The notes below the pieces were generated by a model. That model ran no database searches. It was not told the origin of the DNA and saw only the letters and a program-made list of their open reading frames with translations. Of a stretch of DNA of 64,000 nucleotides, positions 57,150 through 64,000 are shown one piece after another (positions within the stretch are counted from its first letter, which is position 1; each line of letters begins with the position of its first letter). The position numbers were made by a program, and so were the translations under genes. Where the stretch lies: the NCBI GenBank assembly GCA_965203055.1, contig OZ241863.1, forward strand, positions 2,816,001-2,880,000, in the 5' to 3' direction. The stretch is from Spirochaetia bacterium (GTDB taxonomy: Bacteria; Spirochaetota; Spirochaetia; SZUA-6; Bin103).

Positions 57150-58478
57150 ATGAGCGCGGGCTGGCTGGCGGAGCCGGCGAACGAGGGGCGGGAGGGAGTG
57201 CTCGACTTCCCGTGCAGCGTGCAGCGCCTGCCCGACGGCAATACCCTCATTGCGGATGCCGGCGACGAGCTGGGCGAGGGCAGCGAGATCCTGGAGGTGA
57301 ACCCGGCCGGCGACGTGGTATGGCGCTACGCCGGCGGGCTCGCCTTCGCCCATAGCGCTGAGCGGCTGGCGGACGGCGCCACGCTGATTACCGACACCAG
57401 CAACCACCGCCTGCTGATCGTCGCGCCGGACGGGAGCGTGCGGCTGGATTCGGCGCAGTGGGGGAGCCTGTCGGACGGCTCCCGGCTGGACTACCCCAAC
57501 GACGCCCATCAACTCGACGACGGGACCTTCCTGGTGACCGACCGCAACAGCGACCGGGTGGTGATCGTCGACGCCGCCGGTCAGGTGCGGTGGAGCCTGC
57601 GCAGCCCGCTCATCCACCATCCGCACAACGCCGACCGGCAGGCGAACGGCAACCTTCTGGTGGCCGCCTCCGGCTGCAATCGGGTGCTGGAGATCGACCC
57701 TTCCGGGACGGTGACGTGGAGCTACGGCGATCCCGCCCGGCGCCTGCTCGACTTTCCGCGCGACGCCGACCGGGTGGCGGAGCAGCGGGTGCTGATCACC
57801 GACTCGCGCCACCATCGCGTGCTGGAGGTGAACCCCCTGGGCGAGGTGGAGTGGCAGTTCGCCGTGGACTATTACGCCAGCTTCTACGAGGCCGACCAGC
57901 TCCCCAACGGCAACGTCCTGATCTCCGACCAGCACCATCATCGGGTTCTGGAGGTGGACCGGTCCGGGAGCGTCGTGTGGTCATTCGGCAACCACCGCCC
58001 GCGCGTGCCCACGCTGCCGCGGCTGCGCAACGGCGCGCTGGCCGACCCCGGCGCCGGCGGCGTGCCCGCGGGATGGTACGTCTACCGCCGCTTCGCGGAG
58101 GGCGCCGGGGCGTTCGCGCGCGGCGCCGACGGCGCGCCCGGCCTGGCCAACGGCGGCAGCGGGGCGCTGTTCCTGGCGCAGCGGGTGGCGGTGGAGCCGG
58201 GCCGCGGCTACACCCTGACCGGGGAGCTGCGCAGCGAGCGGCTGGCGCCCGCCGCCAGCGCTCACCTGCAACTGTACTTCCTGGACGCCGAGGCCGGCGC
58301 GCTGAGCAGCGCCGCGGCGGCGCCGCGCAGCGCGCCGCTGCGCGGGACGGTGTCGTGGCAGGCGGCCGGCGTGTCCGCGCGCGCCCCGGCCGCGGCGCGC
58401 GCGGTGGAAGCTCGGGTGTTCGTGGGCGGCGGCCCGGGCCGGGTGTTCGCGCGCGGCCTGCGGCTGCTGCAGGAGTGA
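57150..58478 (+). CDS. Beta-propeller repeat protein (NHL/arylsulfotransferase-like) with C-terminal carbohydrate-binding-like domain
   Basis: About six repeats of P-x-x-A-x-RL-x-DG-x-x-LI-x-D...RV-x-EV. C-terminal QRVAVEPGRGYTL...GTVSW jelly-roll-like segment. Confidence 0.72.
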   Translation: MSAGWLAEPANEGREGVLDFPCSVQRLPDGNTLIADAGDELGEGSEILEVNPAGDVVWRYAGGLAFAHSAERLADGATLITDTSNHRLLIVAPDGSVRLDSAQWGSLSDGSRLDYPNDAHQLDDGTFLVTDRNSDRVVIVDAAGQVRWSLRSPLIHHPHNADRQANGNLLVAASGCNRVLEIDPSGTVTWSYGDPARRLLDFPRDADRVAEQRVLITDSRHHRVLEVNPLGEVEWQFAVDYYASFYEADQLPNGNVLISDQHHHRVLEVDRSGSVVWSFGNHRPRVPTLPRLRNGALADPGAGGVPAGWYVYRRFAEGAGAFARGADGAPGLANGGSGALFLAQRVAVEPGRGYTLTGELRSERLAPAASAHLQLYFLDAEAGALSSAAAAPRSAPLRGTVSWQAAGVSARAPAAARAVEARVFVGGGPGRVFARGLRLLQE

Positions 58479-58492
58479 CGGCGCGCGCCGCC

Positions 58493-59701
58493 TCAGGCGC
58501 GGGTCAGGTGCGCGAGCTCCAGTTGCGCCACGCTGCGGCAGCCGAGCAGTGCCATGGTGCGGGCCATCTCTTCGGCCAGCAGGTTGATGGCGTAATCCAC
58601 CCCGGCTTCGCCGCCGGCGCCCAGGCCGTACAGGTAGGCGCGTCCGGCCATGCAGGCGTGGGCGCCGAGCGCCAGCGCCTTGACGATGTCGCCGCCGCGG
58701 CGCACGCCGCCGTCGCAGATGACCGCGGCGCGGTCGCCGACCGCGTCTACCGCCGCGGGTACCAGATCGAGGATCGGCGGGGCGCCGTCGAGCTGGCGCC
58801 CGCCGTGGTTGGACAGCACGATGGCGTCGCAGCCGTGGTCGGCGGCGAGCCGGGCGTCGGCCACGGTCTGGATTCCCTTGAGCACCAGCGCCCCCTGCCA
58901 AGTGGCGCGCAGCCACTCCAGGTCGCGCCACGTGACGCTCGGGTCGAACTGCGAGCTGATGTAGTCGGCGAGGGCCACCGGCGTGGTGCCGTCGGCCGGC
59001 GAACGGCCGCGCACGTTGGAGAACACGATCGGCTCGGAGCGGATGAAGCGCCACGTCCAGCCGGGATGGCGGATGCCGTCGGCGATGGTGCCGAGGCCGA
59101 GCTGAGGCGGCAGGGTAAAGCCGCCGCGCACGTCGCGCTCGCGGCGTCCCGACACCGGAATGTCCACCGTGGGCATCAGCGCGTGATAGCCGGCGGCCGC
59201 GGCGCGCTGCACCAGCTCGCGCACCAGGCCGCGGTCGCGCAGCACGTAGAGTTGAAACCAGAGCGGGCCGGAGCCGGCCTGCGCCACCTCTTCGATGGAG
59301 CGCGTGGCCACGGTGGACAGACTGTAGGGGAGCTGCGCCCGCGCCGCGGCGCGCGCCGCGGCGAGCTCGCCCTCCGGGTCGGCCATGCGGGAAAAGCCGA
59401 CCGGGGCCAGCACCAGCGGAAACGGCAGCCGCCGCCCGAGCAGCGTCGTCGAGGTGTCTACCTGCGACACGTCGACCAGCACCCGCGGCGCGAAGTTCCA
59501 GCCGCGGAACGCGGCGGCGTTGGCGCGCAGCGTCACCTCGTCCTCGGCGCCGCCGTCGATGTAGTTGAACACGCCGCGCGGCAACCGCCGCAGCGCCAGG
59601 CGGCGCAGGTCCTCGATGTTTACCGCCTGCGCCCGCAGCCGTTCCTCACGGGTGCGCGCCCGGCGCCGAAAGCGCAGTACCGAGCGCAGGGTGCGCCACA
59701 T
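58493..59701 (-). CDS. FMN-dependent alpha-hydroxy acid oxidase/dehydrogenase
   Basis: FNYIDGGA, LWFQLY, LVLKGI, SNHGGRQLDG, DGGVRRGGD. Confidence 0.93.
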   Translation of the reverse strand: MWRTLRSVLRFRRRARTREERLRAQAVNIEDLRRLALRRLPRGVFNYIDGGAEDEVTLRANAAAFRGWNFAPRVLVDVSQVDTSTTLLGRRLPFPLVLAPVGFSRMADPEGELAAARAAARAQLPYSLSTVATRSIEEVAQAGSGPLWFQLYVLRDRGLVRELVQRAAAAGYHALMPTVDIPVSGRRERDVRGGFTLPPQLGLGTIADGIRHPGWTWRFIRSEPIVFSNVRGRSPADGTTPVALADYISSQFDPSVTWRDLEWLRATWQGALVLKGIQTVADARLAADHGCDAIVLSNHGGRQLDGAPPILDLVPAAVDAVGDRAAVICDGGVRRGGDIVKALALGAHACMAGRAYLYGLGAGGEAGVDYAINLLAEEMARTMALLGCRSVAQLELAHLTRA

Positions 59702-59798
59702 ATCGCGCGCCAGTATGGAGCGTTGCCGCGCGCCGTCAAGCGCCCGCTCGGCCGGCGCCGGCTACCCCAAGCGGGTGGTTTGCGGCATGCTCCGGGGC

Positions 59799-60632
59799 AT
59801 GAACGTGGATTCGATGAACAGCGGCCGCCTGGCCGGCAAGGTCGCAATCGTGACCGGCGGCGGCGCCCGCGCCGGAACCGAGCTCGGCACCGGCCAGGCC
59901 ATATCGGTGGCGTTGGCGCGCGCCGGAGCGCGCGTGCTGGTCGTGGACCTGGCCGCGGAGAACGCCGCCCGTACGCTGGAGGCGGTGCGCGCCGCGGGCG
60001 GCGAGGGCGCGGCCTTCACCGCGGACGTGGCGCGCAGCGACCAGTGCGCGGCGATGGCGGCGGCGGCGGTGGAGCGCTACGGCGCCCTGCACGTGCTGGT
60101 GAACAACTGCGGCATCGGCGCGGGCGGCACGGTCGCCGAGCTGGACGAAGCAGTGCTGGAACGCGGCCTGGACGTCAACCTCAAGAGCGCCATCTTCGCC
60201 AGCAAGCACGCCATCCCCCACATGCGGGCGCAGGGCGGCGGCTCCATCATCAACGTGTCGTCGATCGACGGCATCACCGCCGGCATGAGCATCAACGTCC
60301 CCTACGGCGTCGCCAAGGGCGCCCTGCACATGCTCACCAAGACCACCGCCGCCTACCACGGGCGCGAGGGCATCCGCGCCAACTGCATCGCCCCCGGGCA
60401 CCTGCACGCCGCCTTCACCGGCCACTTCCCGGCGCGCACCCGCGACCTGCGGCGGCAGGCGGCGCCGCTCGGCACCGAGGGCACGGCGTGGGACATCGCC
60501 TGGGCGGCGGTGTTCCTGGCCAGCGACGAGTCGCGCTGGATTTCGGGCGTGGTGCTGCCGGTGGACGGAGGATTGCTGGCCGCGGCGCCGCTCACCGCCT
60601 ACGGCTACATCGAGAACGTCAAGTACTGGTAG
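59799..60632 (+). CDS. SDR family oxidoreductase
   Basis: GKVAIVTGGG...GTG, VNNCG, YGVAKG, IRANCIAPG, VDGG. Confidence 0.92.
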   Translation: MNVDSMNSGRLAGKVAIVTGGGARAGTELGTGQAISVALARAGARVLVVDLAAENAARTLEAVRAAGGEGAAFTADVARSDQCAAMAAAAVERYGALHVLVNNCGIGAGGTVAELDEAVLERGLDVNLKSAIFASKHAIPHMRAQGGGSIINVSSIDGITAGMSINVPYGVAKGALHMLTKTTAAYHGREGIRANCIAPGHLHAAFTGHFPARTRDLRRQAAPLGTEGTAWDIAWAAVFLASDESRWISGVVLPVDGGLLAAAPLTAYGYIENVKYW

Positions 60633-60660
60633 CGGCGGCGCCGCGGCTGCTGCCGCGGCG

Positions 60661-62007
60661 TCAGGCGGGGAGCACTTCGCGGACCGCCGCGGCGAGGATC
60701 TCGATCATGCGGTCGAGCTGCGCCGCGGTGGTGACCACCGGCGGCGCCAGGCAGAACACGTCGCCGCGCACGCGGCTGAACAGGCCCCGCCGCCGGGCGG
60801 CGGCATGCACCTGCGGCCCGACGTTGTCACCGGCCGGGAACTCGGTTTTGGCAGCCTTGTCCCGCACCAGCTCGACGGCGCACATCAGGCCCTTGCCGCG
60901 CACCTCGCCGACGTTGGGATGGCCGGCCAGGGCACTCCGCAGACCGGCCAGCAGGTGCGCCCCCTTGGCCGCGGCCTGCGCCGGAAAGTCCTCGTCCAGG
61001 ATGATGTCGATGGTGCGCAACGCCACCGCGCAGCCCACCGGATGGGCGCTGTAGGTGTAGGCGTGCATCCAGGGAGTGGGGGCGGCGTCGAGCTCCTCGG
61101 CGATGCGGTCGCTCACGCCGACGCCGCCGAGCGGGAAGTAGCCGGAGGTCACCGCCTTGGCGAACAGCATCACGTCCGGCTCCACGCCCCAGTGGTCGAG
61201 GGCGAACAGCTTGCCGGTGCGGCCGAAGCCGGTGATCACCTCGTCGGCCACCAGCAGCACCTCGTGGCGGTCGCAGATCTCGCGGATGCGGGGAAAGTAG
61301 TCGTCCTGCGGCGGGATCACGCCGCCGGCGCCCTGCACCGGCTCCGCCAGGAACATGGCCACGGTGTCGGCGCCCTCCCGCTGAATGGCGCGCTCCAGTT
61401 CGTCGGCCGCGGCGAGGCCCTGGCTGACTCCGCGCGGAGCCTCGTAGCGGTAGGGATAGGGCGACGGGATCTGCAGGAAGCCGGGCACGCGCGGTTCGAA
61501 GGCGGGCCAGTACGCGGCGATGCCGGTCGCGCTCATCGCCGCCAGGGTCACTCCGTGGTAGCCCCACTGGCGAGAGATCACCTTGGTCTTGCGCGGCTTG
61601 CCGCGCAGCTTCCAGTAGGAGCGGGCCAGCTTGAAGGAGGTCTCGCTCGACTCGCCGCCGCCGGAGGTGAAGAAGAAGCGGTTGATGCCGGGGTAGGTCA
61701 GCGCCGCCAGGCGTTCGGCCAACGCGATGGCGCTCGGATTGGAACTGCCGGAGTAGGCGGAGCAGTAGGCCAGGGTGCTCATCTGCTCGGCGGCCGCCTG
61801 CGCCAACTCGCTGCGGCCGTGGCCCGCGACCACGTTCCACAGGCCCGCCAGACCGTCCAGATATTCGTTGCCGTCGGCGTCCGTCAGGACCGCGCCGCGG
61901 CCCTTGACCCACACGTGGCCGCCGGTATGGGCGCTGCGGTCGTGAAGCGGATGGATCAGGTGGCGCCGGTCGCGCTCCAGGAGCTCGGTTCTCGTCGCGT
62001 GCTGCAC
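60661..62007 (-). CDS. Class III PLP-dependent aminotransferase
   Basis: YLDGLAGLWN, GYHG, AEPVQGAGG, DEVITGFGRTG, FAKAVTSG. Confidence 0.93.
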   Translation of the reverse strand: MQHATRTELLERDRRHLIHPLHDRSAHTGGHVWVKGRGAVLTDADGNEYLDGLAGLWNVVAGHGRSELAQAAAEQMSTLAYCSAYSGSSNPSAIALAERLAALTYPGINRFFFTSGGGESSETSFKLARSYWKLRGKPRKTKVISRQWGYHGVTLAAMSATGIAAYWPAFEPRVPGFLQIPSPYPYRYEAPRGVSQGLAAADELERAIQREGADTVAMFLAEPVQGAGGVIPPQDDYFPRIREICDRHEVLLVADEVITGFGRTGKLFALDHWGVEPDVMLFAKAVTSGYFPLGGVGVSDRIAEELDAAPTPWMHAYTYSAHPVGCAVALRTIDIILDEDFPAQAAAKGAHLLAGLRSALAGHPNVGEVRGKGLMCAVELVRDKAAKTEFPAGDNVGPQVHAAARRRGLFSRVRGDVFCLAPPVVTTAAQLDRMIEILAAAVREVLPA

Positions 62008-62149
62008 GCGGCAAGATATAGCTGCGGTGCGCGCATTGGCAAACCTTCCCGCGCCGGCGCCGCCGGTTGCGAGTGGCCCCGCGCCGGTTCGAGCGGCCGA
62101 GAACCGGGTTCGCCGACCGGCGCCGCGCGGGCGCCGAGCCGGCCCGGCG

Positions 62150-63379
62150 TCAGCGTTCCCAGTAGTGCTTCAGCGCTGACAGACCTTCCGCCGCATCGGT
62201 CTCGTCGATGCCGGAATAGGCGAAGCGGACGTAGACCCGTTCCTCGCCCGGCAGCGCGCGTCCGAAGTGGGTACGGGTGCAGAACGAGACCCCGGTCTCG
62301 TGCATGGTGGTGACGCGAAACGCCCGCGCGTCCGCGGCGGTGCGCGCGTACCCCAGGCGCCGGTACACGTCGGTCACGTCGGCGAACAGGTAGAAGGTGG
62401 CGTCCGAGGCCGGCGCCGCCACGCCGTCGATCGCGTTCAGGCGATCTACGATCAGGTCGCGCCGCGCCTGCAGCGTCGCCACGATGTTCTCGGCGCCGCT
62501 CTGGTCGCCGCGCAACGCCTCCACTCCCGCCATCTGCACGAAGTGATTGGTGCACGATTCGTCGTTGGAGTTGATTCTGGTGATGATGTCCACCACTTCG
62601 GGGGGGCCGACCGCGGCTCCCAGCCGCCAGCCGGTCATGGCGTACTTCTTGGAGAAGGTATAGCCGATCACGGTGCGTTCGCGCATGCCGTCGTACGCCA
62701 CGATGGTGGGACTGCGCCCCGCATAGCGGATGTCGATGTAGGGGTCGTCGGACAGCACCCACAGGTCGCGCTCCCGCGCCAGGTCGGCGAGCCACTTCAA
62801 CTCGGTTTCGCTGGCGTCGGCGCCGGTGGGGTTGTGCTGGGCATTGACGATCAGCACCCGGGTGGTGTCGTCGACGGCGCGCAGGACCGAGTCGCGGTCG
62901 ATGCGAAAGCGCCCGCCCTCCACGTGGTAGGTGTAGGGCTGCCCGCGGCCGCCGAGGAAATCGACCTGCGACTCGTAGATCGGGTAGCCGGGATTGGGGT
63001 AGAGCACGCCGTCGCCCAGCTCCATTACCGCCAGCAGAAACTTGCCGATGCACGGCTTGCCGCCGGGTTGCACCGATACGTTGGCGGCGCCGTATTCCAC
63101 GCCGCGCTGCTCGCTGAGGGTGGCCGCCAGGGCCTCGCGGAGCTGGGGAATGCCGGCGGCCGGCGAGTAGATGGTGCGCCCTTCGACCATCGCGGTATAC
63201 GCCGCGCGGATGATGTTCAGCGGCGTGCGAATGTTCATGTCGCCCAGATGAAAGGGGTAGACGCGGTGTCCCTGCGCGGCCCAACCGGCGGCGTCTCCCG
63301 ATACGGCGAAGGCGGTCTCGGTGCCGAGGCGGGAGATGCGCCGCGCGATCCGGGGACGGGGGCGGAACCTCGTTGCCAT
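62150..63379 (-). CDS. Class I/II PLP-dependent aminotransferase
   Basis: YSPAAGIPQLR, HNPTG, SDDPY, TFSKKYAMTGWRLG. Confidence 0.93.
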   Translation of the reverse strand: MATRFRPRPRIARRISRLGTETAFAVSGDAAGWAAQGHRVYPFHLGDMNIRTPLNIIRAAYTAMVEGRTIYSPAAGIPQLREALAATLSEQRGVEYGAANVSVQPGGKPCIGKFLLAVMELGDGVLYPNPGYPIYESQVDFLGGRGQPYTYHVEGGRFRIDRDSVLRAVDDTTRVLIVNAQHNPTGADASETELKWLADLARERDLWVLSDDPYIDIRYAGRSPTIVAYDGMRERTVIGYTFSKKYAMTGWRLGAAVGPPEVVDIITRINSNDESCTNHFVQMAGVEALRGDQSGAENIVATLQARRDLIVDRLNAIDGVAAPASDATFYLFADVTDVYRRLGYARTAADARAFRVTTMHETGVSFCTRTHFGRALPGEERVYVRFAYSGIDETDAAEGLSALKHYWER

Positions 63380-63385
63380 GCGCGG

Positions 63386-64000
63386 CTAGGCGGGAGGGCC
63401 GCCGGCCGCCAGGGCGGCAAGCAGCTCGCGTTGCCGTTGCAGGCGCTGCGCGCGTTCGGCGGCGAACCGTTCGATCCCGGCCACGATCGAGTCGGCGTCC
63501 AGGTGCGCCTCGGCGATCACGTCGGCCTCGGTCCCCCCGGTGAGCCAGCGCTGGTGCCAGTCCGAGGTCAGCGAGTACTCGCCGGCGGCCGGCCCGGCGC
63601 CGCGCCACGGCCACACCCGCTGCGTGCCGGTACTTACCACCATCAGATCCGCCGCCGCTTCCGGCGGCAGCACGGCGTTGCGGTAGGCGGCGGGCTGGCG
63701 GTCGAACAACTCCTCGCTGACCGCCGCGACCACCTTGACGTTGATCCCCATCCGCTCCAGCCGCGGCAGCGCCTGCACCAGGTTGAAGGTCGAGCTCGAT
63801 CCCTGCACCACCACGTAGCCGTGCCGCGGGCGGCCGGCGGCGTAGTCGCGAATCACGTAGAACCCCTTGGCCGCGGCGGTAAGGCTCTGGTCCGCGAACC
63901 TGCTGCGGTCCGCCACCGGGAAGTCGGGCCGCGCCACCTCGATGACGATTACCCCTACCTCCGCTTCGCGGGCGGCGATCTCGGCGGCGGCGAAGTAGCC
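63386..64000 (-). CDS. Transketolase-like protein, C-terminal part (runs off the window)
   Basis: Frame open to the edge. VARPDFPV...AAKGFYVIRD, INVKVVAAVSEELFDRQP..YRNAVLP resembles the transketolase C-terminal domain. Confidence 0.7.
   Translation of the reverse strand, partial: GYFAAAEIAAREAEVGVIVIEVARPDFPVADRSRFADQSLTAAAKGFYVIRDYAAGRPRHGYVVVQGSSSTFNLVQALPRLERMGINVKVVAAVSEELFDRQPAAYRNAVLPPEAAADLMVVSTGTQRVWPWRGAGPAAGEYSLTSDWHQRWLTGGTEADVIAEAHLDADSIVAGIERFAAERAQRLQRQRELLAALAAGGPPA

Noticed and set aside
62040..62149. GC-rich intergenic inverted repeats here and at 41225-41290 and 11663-11690 as a REP family
   Set aside because: No shared consensus between sites. Consistent with ordinary terminators or chance pairing at very high GC.

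Overview
High-GC (about 70% by eye) bacterial chromosomal segment. The gene content suggests a host-associated organism, possibly a sponge-associated Spirochaetia-type symbiont (inference only). It carries five PhyH dioxygenases, two sulfatases, a sterol desaturase, several ABC solute-binding modules without ATPases, a stand-alone mraY and scattered Uma2/AAA/PD-(D/E)XK genes. About 55 CDS or CDS remnants are supported. I found no rRNA, tRNA, CRISPR array or recognisable transposase/integrase. The main points of interest are: (1) a ~1.5 kb HNH-endonuclease cassette bounded by an 18/19-bp direct repeat, with its own near-consensus leaderless promoter and five 14-bp palindromic repeats in the gene plus a sixth beside the promoter, a candidate transposase-free mobile element; (2) a 1442-aa RelE-like + UvrD helicase + TPR protein with a TRANK1-like architecture, a candidate single-gene defence system; (3) a divergent K+ channel / double-DUF350 / RGG-rich membrane protein / DUF4178-like module lacking the usual PspA and polyamine enzymes; (4) two decaying defence patches in which a type IIG-like and a type II restriction-modification locus were inactivated by large internal deletions; (5) many apparently leaderless genes.
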